A DNA stretch of 63,831 nt, counting the filler, from Lenisia limosa (lineage: Eukaryota > Protista > Breviatea), in assembly GCA_001655205.1 (NCBI GenBank). It is 15 parts of 15 records of this genome, joined end to end, with 100 filler letters (N's around TTAATTAATTAA, not from the genome) between each part and the next. Parts side by side here need not be neighbours in the genome. Positions count along the whole stretch, not along the records: positions 22,979 to 25,901 come from LPNZ01008430.1; positions 26,002 to 27,407 come from LPNZ01003720.1; positions 27,508 to 31,409 come from LPNZ01006605.1; positions 31,510 to 33,058 come from LPNZ01004891.1; positions 33,159 to 41,451 come from LPNZ01003679.1; 10 more parts are not named here. One strand, written 5' to 3'. Within the stretch, counting starts at the first letter, position 1, and each line of letters starts with the position of its first letter. The notes beneath the pieces are model-generated. The model had not been told where the DNA came from. It saw only the letters and a list, made by a program, of their open reading frames with translations, and searched no databases. Positions 22,979 through 33,461 of the stretch are shown here, piece after piece. Made by a program: the position numbers and the translations under genes.

Positions 22979-25901
22979 CCACCAGGACGAGGCTCTTATC
23001 CAGGCCCTCCAAGCCGCCCGAGCCAAGGCTGCTATCCTGTCTACTCGACTGCTTGAGGCCGAAGAAACGGAAAAGGTGGGCTGTACCCCCAGGTTAAATA
23101 TATCATATAGTATACAGTATACGTATCATATATAGACGTGTAAATAATAGCAGATATTTATTATTTATTTTTTTATTATTTTTTTTTTTGTCCCAAGATC
23201 CCCCAGAAAGTGTTTCATTCTTCTCAAAAAACAGAAAATCGACCAAAATCGCAAGTTCTACCTCCCGGTTGCGGAGCGGGGATCGCGCCTCTTCTTCTCT
23301 GTTTCGGGTCTTGCCCGCCTCTCTCCTATGGCTCATTACTCATTNNNNNNNNNNNNNNNNNNNNNNNNNNNNNNNNNNNNNNNNNNNNNNNNNNNNNNNN
23401 NNNNNNNNNNNNNNNNNNNNNNNTTGGGTGAGAAGGGGGTATTATTGGTGAACGTTTAATATGATTACACATATCCACTAGTGATATGATCATATGACCG
23501 ACTTTGTCGAAATGATGAACGAAGATAACACGAGGGTTCATCCCGAGTGTATCAGAGTATCATTGTGACTTGTTGGTCAATTATCACTGGATATGACATC
23601 CAGTTCAAACAAGTGAAAATGATTATGTATGGTAAGTAGGGTATTATTGGTGGCCGTTTGATATGAACTTCTACTAAGTATGATAGTGGGAAGAAGGCCA
23701 TTCCCTCTCGTAGACAACAGGTCATTTTCTTTGGCTCGGGTTTTCTTGTGATAGTAGTCTTTTTCGAACTTATGTACATTATATGCTATTGCTTCCATCA
23801 TCTTATTCTCTTTGATTTCACAGCGGATCATTTTTCAAGATTAGAAAGTATCAGTTTGGTTTCGTATTTTTTTTATCACGAACTTATATTACATCATATT
23901 ACGTACTTGCCTACCCATTGCAACGTCATGCCTAATTCCCCCTTACCAGCGCCCTGGCGTCAGCACCCGAGAGTGACGTCCCAACAACCCGACTGCAACT
24001 CCTTCAGGACGAGGTCACTCGATTCGTGTGGAATCTCGTGGCTCCATCTGTGTTCGCCCAGCATCAACCGGTGCTTTCTACTCTTATGGCTAAGGTTGGG
24101 GGGGGGGGGGGNNNNNNNNNNNNNNNNNNNNNNNNNNNNNNNNNNNNNNNNNNNNNNNNNNNNNNNNNNNNNNNNNNNNNNNNNNNNNNNNNNNNNNNNN
24201 NNNNNNNNNATTCACCCATAAATATCCATTACCAAAAAAGGCAAATATGCTTACCAGATTAGGCAGCTATACTTACCAAATAAGGCCACTATGCTTACCT
24301 TATTAGGCAATTCTTGATGAGAAGTCGCCCATCAAAGACCAGGACTGGGGCCTTCTTCTTGCCCCAAGCTTCCGCCCGGTATGTTTTGCCGCTTTTGCTT
24401 CTGTGGCACTTAATTGGAATTACATTTGTGAAAATAATGGGATTTTCTTTCTCATTTATGTTTTTAGTGGTTTTCTACCCATTTTCTCCTTGTCTTCGTT
24501 TTTCTTATTTTACACTACCCCTCTTTGTTTTGCTCTTATTTTCCTCAAATGTTTGGTTAGATAAACAGATTGGCCTTGGCCTTTGTTTTGTTTTTGTTTT
24601 TGTTTTTGTTTTTGTTTTTTTACAACTCGCAGGTGTTTCATGTTCAGCCATTAGAGTTGATTTTTTGGGGCTTTGTTCCATTGAATTTCCTATTTTTACA
24701 CATCCCTCCAAATAATCCCCACACCCCCAGGCTGCCTCCGATGCCCCTCCCCCAAGTCCGCATAAGTGGCTTTCCCCTCACCATTGGAATGAAGTGTATT
24801 TCCTCTCCCTCTGCTACAACGAATTAGCAGGATTCACTCAGGACATTTCGGATAACGTTGCTCTCTACAAGGCACACAGTCTCGGTAGTATCAAGTAAGA
24901 CGGTTGTGATTTGGTCTTCATTTTGTTCCCAATAAACTGAATGTTCATAAGTTACTTTAATAATCCCCGAAAATCTTCAATAAATCCTCGATAAACCCTT
25001 AATAAATCCTAGATAAATCCTTAATAAATCCTCGATAAATTCTCATTAAATCCTTGATAAATCCTATGTTTGGAGTTTCAGATTATTCAGTACGAAGATA
25101 TTTCCTTCATTTTACACACACCNNNNNNNNNNNNNNNNNNNNNNNNNNNNNNNNNNNNNNNNNNNNNNNNNNNNNNNNNNNNNNNNNNNNNNNNNNNNNN
25201 NNNNNNNNNNNNNNNNNNGAGTCGAATCTCCTTCCGGATACTCCTTTTATTGCCGTGGGTGTGGTTGTGGGGGTGATGATGATGATCCTCATCTTTAGTT
25301 AATCCATAGGTATCACTTTACCCTTTTCCCCAAAATGAGCCATTTTCACCCACATCCCCCCAGAATCTATCCAAGTAATTGGAATGGGGATGTCTGTTGA
25401 TTTTCTAATTTTCCCCCCCCCTCCCTTTTTTTTATTTTTTTTTTGAAGTTTCAGATTGTTCGATTTGTGATTAGTACCTTTGAGTCAAAAATCTTTATCG
25501 AAATTTCCTTCATTTTATTCCCCCCAGAATCTATCTGTGTTTGGAAGAGTGCTGGCAGCCAAGGCACTTCGATCCGACCTCCTGCCTTTGGCGTTTAAGG
25601 GTGGGGATGTTGCGTTGAACATGGGGGTGAGTGCTAATGTTACCTTTTCGAGGATGCATATCTCTCCTCCTTACACACGCTTGAAATATCATATCAGAGT
25701 ATGTAAGAACAAACTTTTGCCAACATAGGTAGTACGCCTTTAGGTACGCCTATACTTCTAGGGGTACGCCTATACTTCTGATTGGGGGTGTTGCATAGAA
25801 TTCTCCATTTTCACGCGCTCAGAACTCGTGACATCCATCCTCGGCCCCGACTTCACCTCTCCTCCTGAGTCCGGACTTCGCGTGGCTTATGAGGCTTCCG
25901 A
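22979..25901 (+). CDS. Dynein heavy chain fragment (AAA5-AAA6 linker region), axonemal type
   Basis: DEALIQALQAARAKAAILSTRLLEAEETEK, FYLPVAERGSRLFFSVSGLARLSPMAHYS, RLQLLQDEVTRFVWNLVAPSVF, PSPHKWLSPHHWNEV, LSVFGRVLAAKALRSDLLP, LGPDFTSPP: these dynein motifs occur in the correct order. Confidence 0.9.
23540..23600 (+). repeat. Dispersed repeat F (tcatcccgagtgtatcagagtatca...gacttg..ggtcaattatca); second copy at 26002-26066
   Basis: Near-identical stretch of about 50 bp on two different contigs. Confidence 0.7.
25446..25527 (+). repeat. Family B repeat at a dynein acceptor; other B copies near 6895-6940, 14850-14925, 25070-25122, 39880-39916, 42570-42615
   Basis: agtttcagattgttcgatttgtgattagtacc...ctttatcgaaatttccttcattttattccccccag|. 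Confidence 0.8.
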
Positions 25902-26141
25902 NNNNNNNNNNNNNNNNNNNNNNNNNNNNNNNNNNNNNNNNNNNNTTAATTAATTAANNNNNNNNNNNNNNNNNNNNNNNNNNNNNNNNNNNNNNNNNNN
26001 NTCATCCCGAGTGTATCAGAGTATCACTGAGACTTGTCGGTCAATTATCATACGAGTGGATATGAGGTAGCATATCACTGCATTGAAAATGGTTGTTCAC
26101 ACGTGTTGAAATGACCCAAAAAGTGATATGTAGCCAATTAC

Positions 26142-27407
26142 CTCCATGTGGTTCAGAATATCGGCATGAAGCCAGTTTGCAGTGTCAGCGTATCTGCCTG
26201 AAGACATACAAACCGAGCTGTTGAAGAAACTGAAATTCTCCGTATACTGTATGGTTAGATAACGACTTGCAAACAACACTTAAGATATGAATGGGAGGTG
26301 GGGTGCTGTATAATTATCATATCACAGACACTTGAATAAGTTGAAGAAAATGACACCCATAACATTTTAAACCCTAACTAAAACCCCCATTAGCCCCTAC
26401 CAACACCTTATATCTTAGTACCCATCAATCTAACACCCTGTATACCATCATTTTATGCCCAGCACGCCCTGTTACCAAGTCATTTTCGACCGCCAAAGCT
26501 CCCGCATCGTGGAGCAAAGATCCCGAGTCTGTAAACTCGGAATTGATGAAGACTGCGTCAGACCTTTCGGAAAGTACTATCGCACCCCCGTCCAGCTCGG
26601 ACCGGCAAGATGTGAAACTGGGGGTGGAGGGGGGGTGAAGATGGAAAACTGATGAAACAAAAAAAAAACCCAAAAGAAACACTGTTATCTGACAACACAC
26701 TAGGGTTGATAACAAAGCAAAGAAACAAAAAAGCCACAAATCAACTCTAGACCACATCAATAATCCCAACCAGTAGTAACCAGCAATATAGTATAATACC
26801 CATCCAACCTACTAATTAATTAAGATTATACCCATCCAACCTACTAATTAATTAAGATTATACCCATCCAACCTAGAGTCAGTAACGGTCATGTGACAAT
26901 ACGGAGACTCCACACCCTCCGAAGTGTACAATTGGATACAGGCAGCAATCGCACCTCCAGAATGCCCACTAAAAAAAATGAGTCTTTATTAGGCTCCTCG
27001 AGAAATCCTGGATGTATATGCATTCGGAAGTACTTTTCGAACAATTGGGAAGCCTAACCCCCCCCCCCTNNNNNNNNNNNNNNNNNNNNNNNNNNNNNNN
27101 NNNNNNNNNNNNNNNNNNNNNNNNNNNNNNNNNNNNNNNNNNNNNNNNNNNNNNNNNNNNNNNNNNNNNNNNNNNNNNNNATGGTGGAGTTAACCTAAAG
27201 CGTGACACGGGATCTAATAATTAGTAATTCACTTCGAACTGAAAAAAAGACCAGTAAAATATAAATAGTTTTGGAGGATTTCTTACGAAAAGGATAGTAC
27301 TATAATATGCCCATTTCGATTCATTTCTCATACATTTGACGAAAAGCTGATTGCACCTCCTGCAGACGCAGCTGAGCACCGAGTGAACGTACAGCTAAAT
27401 GGTGATG
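26142..27407 (-). CDS. GGA(I)-repeat, parallel beta-helix (Pmp/pectin-lyase-like) surface or secreted protein, fragment
   Basis: SCTFTRCSAASAGGAISFSSN, GHSGGAIAACIQ...TVTDS|SFTSCRSELDGGAIVLSERSDAVFINSEFTDSG...DAGALAVEND, YTENFSFFNSS... Confidence 0.65.
26618..26755 (-). repeat. Family A repeat ending at a minus-strand acceptor
   Basis: Reverse complement ...gtgtgttgtcagataacag...gtttcatcagttttccatcttcacccccctccacccccag|. Confidence 0.75.
26796..26876 (-). repeat. 32-bp tandem repeat (about 2.5 copies) containing the donor junction tag|gttggatgggtat
   Basis: atacccatccaaccta starts at 26796, 26828 and 26860. Confidence 0.85.
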
Positions 27408-27608
27408 NNNNNNNNNNNNNNNNNNNNNNNNNNNNNNNNNNNNNNNNNNNNTTAATTAATTAANNNNNNNNNNNNNNNNNNNNNNNNNNNNNNNNNNNNN
27501 NNNNNNNGGGATAGGGTTTGCATTAACTATTAATTCAATGCTGCTATTTGTAAGGTTCTACTGGTTCATATTTCAACTTATTGATCATATATCATACTAA
27601 ATATGTAG

Positions 27609-29877
27609 GCAGCACTAAGTTACCACAACTTTGCCCTGATTATTCCAGCCTCCGACAACGTTTTAATGTTCATTGAAGATAATTCGTACATCTCGCATAA
27701 TAACCTGGTGTACACCAAAATCGGCGAAATCCCTGCTGGTGTGTGGTGGCTAGAACTTCACTTCGGTCAGAAAATACCGGGGGAAATATGGATAGCTTTC
27801 TAAGATTTATCGAGAAACCCAGTCTTTTTTCGAACCTAACTGAAACCCAGTGGTGACTTCGGTTTGACTCCGAAGGCCTGTGAAAATGTTAAAAGTTATC
27901 ATGAGGGCTTCACTTCGGTCCGGAAAATCTGGTGAACTATCGATAATGCTCGAGGAGTTATCGGGGAATTCAGTTTTTTTGTTTTCTGAAAAAAGCCTTG
28001 GGGTGTTGGTCCATCCCCATTGTGTTTTAACGATTTTCATAGAATTTCCATTTTTTGTAAATGAGCGATTGGAAATATGAGGATTATCATTCGGTTTTAC
28101 AAGCCGAAAGAGAAACTCAGGTTTTAATAGTGATAATTCGCAAATGTTTCACCAAAAGAGTTATTTTTGAACTTTTGTGTTTCATATTGCTATCCGCCTC
28201 CCTCAGTTTTTATGATTTACCACTTTAGGAGCGAAGGCGTTGACAATACAAACCCTGGCCGATCCCCTCTATATCACAGGTGCAGATAAAACTTTCTTTG
28301 TTTAGATTTGTTAATAGGTTTATCTTCTCAATATTTCATGCGGTGTGTAGCATATATTTAGAGTTGTGAAATCCCAATTTTTAATGTTTTTTTCTCTTTC
28401 TTTCAAATGAATATATTTTTGACAACCCAGGGGACAACAAGATTGTGGCCTTTTGCTACGACAATGACCTATACCTGGGAGGCCTCGGGTATAAGAAACC
28501 GCTTGATTACAAGGTAGGGGGATAGTCAACCACCTTGCCTACCCCACATCCAAGGGGTATCACAATATACACATTACATCTCAGATCTTGATCAGGCGTA
28601 GGGATGCTTCCATCATAATAATCTGAATATTCCTTATCTTTCACCCGGTCCTAGGTCGGTACTGGGTCTGAGCACTGGACTGTCGGCCAAACGAGTGCGA
28701 ACCCCTTTGACCCACGGGAGATGATCCAACACCTCGTCCACACCGTGGATGCGGTTTACTCTGTCAACACCCATGAAGTTGATGTGCGATTGGAGAATCT
28801 GATATGCTTATGATTAGGGCTTCCCTACGTTCCGAAAAGACCATCAAAATATAGATATTTATCGAGGATTTTTTGGGAAATTCTATTTTCCGTATTAAGT
28901 AGTATAGATACAAAACCCATATTCAGTAGGAATATTCCTATGACCGACTTTTGGGTTGAAACCTATTGCCAATTTTGTCAATCTAAAAAAAACTAATTGT
29001 GCAATATGATGAAGCGAATCTTATATAAGTCAATATATGATGAAAGGAAGACTTCACTACTGCCTATGGACTCATATACTAAATTTACCGTCTAGGTACC
29101 AGGCACAGTTGCAATGACGGGCATTCCTTTACCAAACAACTACATCAAGCACTTTCCAAATCCTTCGTATAAGTACGACTTGTTCCTCTACGGTTTGCGG
29201 TGGTGTAAGTCAGATGTTCGCCCACACCATGAAATAGATATTGCATTATTAATATGATATAACAGCTTCCCTCTTCTCTCATCATTGGGACTTTACTCTG
29301 ATCCAGAAAACGACTGAATGTTTCGATAAATCATCGATAATCGATAGTTTACCGATCTTGTTCGTACCAGAGTGAAGCCTGAATCATCATTCATTATTGA
29401 TTAGCATCAAAAACTATCCCAAGAGAAAAACGCTATTTTTTTTTCCTTCACACTCGAAATTCCCCCCCCCCCCTTTTTTTTTTNNNNNNNNNNNNNNNNN
29501 NNNNNNNNNNNNNNNNNNNNNNNNNNNNNNNNNNNNNNNNNNNNNNNNNNNNNNNNNNNNNNNNNNNNNNNNNNNNNNNNNNNNNNNNNNNNNNNNNNNC
29601 TTTGAATTTATAAAGTGTGTCAACAAGAGTCATCCTCGTCATATGTATAATATGACAATCCTGTGTGACAGCCAACATAGTTATATAATGAATGGTGTGC
29701 CACTATTCCTTTCCAAATTAATACAAGACTCTAATACACTATCTCTAAACATGATGGTGTGGATGGCTTCGGCCAGATACTACTATTTCTTAATTCACAT
29801 CGCTTGATATTTCCCCACCCTTCTCTAACCCAGCAGAAAACGGGACATACAGACTTGACTACAACTCCCGCTCTGGG
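27609..29877 (+). CDS. Multi-exon hypothetical protein (fragment)
   Basis: Phase-consistent exons AALSYHNFALIIPASDNVLMFIEDNSYISHNNLVYTKIGEIPA|GAKALTIQTLADPLYIT|GDNKIVAFCYDNDLYLGGLGYKKPLDYK|VGTGSEHWTVGQTSANPFDPREMIQHLVHTVDAVYSVNTHEVD|VPGTVAMTGIPLPNNYIKHFPNPSYKYDLFLYGLRW. Confidence 0.65.
27751..27849. mobile_element. Family C MITE, diverged, with TSD
   Basis: tagaacttcacttcgg...cgaacctaactgaaaccca; flanks gtggtggc / gtggtgac. Confidence 0.75.
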
Positions 29878-30758
29878 GTAGGTGGTTTTACTCATGTCCA
29901 ACAAAGCCCAAGAAAATCTTGATGTTCATCAAGGATTTGTCAAGAAATTTAGTCTTTTCTTTGAACTGAGGTGAACTTTTCGGTTCAAAAAAATGACCGG
30001 ATCCATCATAATTACTCATCTTTTGAGAACGCAATTATAACTCTTTTCACTCCCCCCCCCTCCTTTTTTTTTTGTTGCTTTTTTATCANNNNNNNNNNNN
30101 NNNNNNNNNNNNNNNNNNNNNNNNNNNNNNNNNNNNNNNNNNNNNNNNNNNNNNNNNNNNNNNNNNNNNNNNNNNNNNNNNNNNNNNNNNNNNNNNNNNN
30201 NNNNNNNNNNNNNNNNNNNNNNNNNNNNNNNNNNNNNNNNNNNNNNNNNNNNNNNATTTATCGAGAATTCAGTCTTTATTTTGGTCAAAAAAAGGAGCAT
30301 TACCCTTGAACATCTTCATTTCATAATCTACCAAGAACTCTCCTCTCCTACTGCGGCTTTATTATTCTGCGTAACGTATGCCCAACTCCGCTAGCTCAGC
30401 GCTAAGTTCTAGAGCCCTTGAAAACTCAGCTTGTGCTAGAGAAGAATTCTTTCTGGGACCACGAACCAACACGACAAGCCCCCCCCCCCCNNNNNNNNNN
30501 NNNNNNNNNNNNNNNNNNNNNNNNNNNNNNNNNNNNNNNNNNNNNNNNNNNNNNNNNNTCACTCCTTAATCAAATTTACATCAATCATCATAATTCATCA
30601 TTATTCACAATCTTCTCTAGTCGAAGTAGTGAATGCTGTTGCATTGGAAGCCTAGTAACTAATCGTTGGTTTCACACTACAAACAAAAACTGGACACTGA
30701 TAAGCAATCCTTCTTAAAACAAATGGCAAATCTCAAAAAATAAAACACAATTACCTAC

Positions 30759-30883
30759 CTTGGAGTGACACCATTAATTGTCACGTCCCGAAGGGTGATG
30801 CCGTCGTCACCTATAGGGTTCCATGCGTCACTCTTCTGAGCTGCAGATATTGAAGCTCGCTCAAAACAGGCGACAACACCCTC
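30759..30883 (-). CDS. Isolated exon of an unidentified gene
   Basis: tag|EGVVACFERASISAAQKSDAWNPIGDDGITLRDVTINGVTP(R)|gtaggt. Confidence 0.4.
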
Positions 30884-31509
30884 CTAGTCACCAATACCCT
30901 CCTGGTACCCTCTTTCGGCCAAAACGTTTTTATCGGTGATTGTTACTCTGATCTATACATACGGTGAGTGATGGAATGTTATTATTACTAACCTTTGCGA
31001 ATTTCACGATTTCAACTTTTTTGTTAGCCACGATTTCAACTTTTTTTTTTTTTTTTTTTTTTTNNNNNNNNNNNNNNNNNNNNNNNNNNNNNNNNNNNNN
31101 NNNNNNNNNNNNNNNNNNNNNNNNNNNNNNNNNNNNNNNNNNNNNNNNNNNNNNCGCAAAGTGCGCACTTGAGAGATTTTGGTTTTTTATAAAGGAGCCC
31201 GCTTACGCCTAGTGGAGTTGGACATACGCTAAAACTATCTCTAAGTGGTGTGCTATCTTTTTGTATTTCTCACCTCCATATTATTGCACCCTTTCAAGAG
31301 CTAACCGACGCTCCGCCCCCTCTTCATTTAGCTTCTTGATTTTCAAAACTACCCCTTACCTCTCCTCTTCCTCGCTCTGTTTATCAGCATACCCCTTACC
31401 TCTCCTCTCNNNNNNNNNNNNNNNNNNNNNNNNNNNNNNNNNNNNNNNNNNNNTTAATTAATTAANNNNNNNNNNNNNNNNNNNNNNNNNNNNNNNNNNN
31501 NNNNNNNNN

Positions 31510-32902
31510 GTAGCCCCCCTCACACGGCCCGTTACAACTTTGTCCGACATTCCTTCTCTCATCCAGGCTGCCAGCTCTGGCCATATCCCGTCACCCTCAG
31601 GTTGGGGCAAACTTTTTGTTTTTGAACAAGAGAAATAATAAGTATGTATACATCAGAAATCAAGGGAAACTAATAAATGGATATCATAAAACCAATTACC
31701 GTTCTCTCGTGCCAACGCTCCTTGTCTCCCCGAAGCATATGCGCAAACCAGATTAGCATGTGCTATTTCGTGAGGCGCTGAGTCCTGAAAATTTAAGCAT
31801 TCCAACGTGCTTATCTTGTGTCAACAAGATAGTAAACAATATCATATACGGAGTAAAATCTCAATTTCCCTTCCTTTTGAACCGTCTCTTTTTATCCCAT
31901 TCTGTTTAATCCCTTGTTTTTTTTTTTAATATCCTGTTGTATGACCATTCAGCAAGCTGCTCCCCCTATTCCGAACATTCGGGAAGCAACTCCCCCATCC
32001 CCCAGCCTTGCGCAACGGTGGGAGGTTTTATGAGAAAAGGGGGTTCTGTTTTATGCGAGCGTGATAAAATACATGAAAAAAAAGAAAGAAAAAAAAAAAA
32101 AAAAAAAANNNNNNNNNNNNNNNNNNNNNNNNNNNNNNNNNNNNNNNNNNNNNNNNNNNNNNNNNNNNNNNNNNNNNNNNNNNNNNNNNNNNNNNNNNNN
32201 NNNNNNNAACTTGGTAAATGCATGAACAAGGTAAAGCATTAACCCTTCAGCCCCCCAAAGTTTCTCCCATTGCCATCCCCTCCGTCAACGTCCGTTCAAC
32301 CCTTGCCAATGACCGCCAATACTCCACGTCGTGCCCGTCCTGCAATATTCCCCCTAACGCTCCCCCGAATCTTCATGTCGTTACGCTGCAAGCGGTGGGA
32401 AAGGTTTTTTTTGGAAGGGCTAAAACACATTCTATACATACAACACCCATAATACATATATTCCAAAGAACCCCGCCGTATAACCCTTCAGGCCCTAAGC
32501 CGGGCCGAGCCAGACGAAACCTCCCCCATCCGGACCCGAACCAATTCGGCCGCCTCCCAGCCGTACTCAACCACGTCGTCGTTTATTGAACCGCCGGTCA
32601 CGCCGCCCCTGGGATTGATGCCCCCCGTCGGGTCTCCAGCGCCTTCTGTATCCCCCAGGTGGGAGCTTTATATGATGATATTATTTATGGGGGAGAGGGG
32701 GTGCTTGAACCAATAATACGATTTGTACTTCGGGGGTTGAACAAGTCAGTTTTAGAACGATCTGTGCGTTTACCCCCATCTCAGGGTCCTCTCCCCGCGG
32801 GTCCTTCAAACTGCGCGTAACACTGCGCGTGAATTGGCGTCAGCTACTCCGGAGCCTGACGGCTCTACTGAAAGAATTACGGCCGCGGTCAGATCATTTT
32901 CC
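31510..32902 (+). CDS. Multi-exon Pro/Ser/Thr-rich hypothetical protein (fragment)
   Basis: Five exons with matching phases, e.g. ALSRAEPDETSPIRTRTNSAASQPYSTTSSFIEPPVTPPLGLMPPVGSPAPSVSP|RVLSPRVLQTARNTARELASATPEPDGSTERITAAVRSFS; all donors GT(T/G)GG. Confidence 0.6.
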
Positions 32903-33461
32903 GTGGGGGGGGGGTATAAATATAGGATATTATCTTATATATATATGTAATATATGTAAGGGGGGGGAGTAACATATTGAAGGGATAAAGGATAAGACAA
33001 ATATATATATATATGCTGCTGCACCAAAACCGTGTCATTAATTCAGAAACCGTGTCATNNNNNNNNNNNNNNNNNNNNNNNNNNNNNNNNNNNNNNNNNN
33101 NNTTAATTAATTAANNNNNNNNNNNNNNNNNNNNNNNNNNNNNNNNNNNNNNNNNNNNAAAGAAGAGAGAAAGAAGAGAGAAAGAAGAGAGAAAGAAGAG
33201 AGAAAGAAGAGAGAAAGAGGGAAAAAATAAATCTTTTAGGGAGCAATTTTTGTGTTTTAATCTTGTTCATAAAAATACCTCTTTTATCCCTTTTTATTAT
33301 AGAACTACAGAAAATAATCATGCCTCATAATGCTTCCCCATTTTTTGATGAGACTACAATAGGTCGAAGACACCCCCAGGACAAAAAAGCAAGAAAGGAG
33401 GAGTTATTCAGTGCATTTCCTTATCAAATCCCTATAACCCGCAAATTAATGCCCCGCTGAC

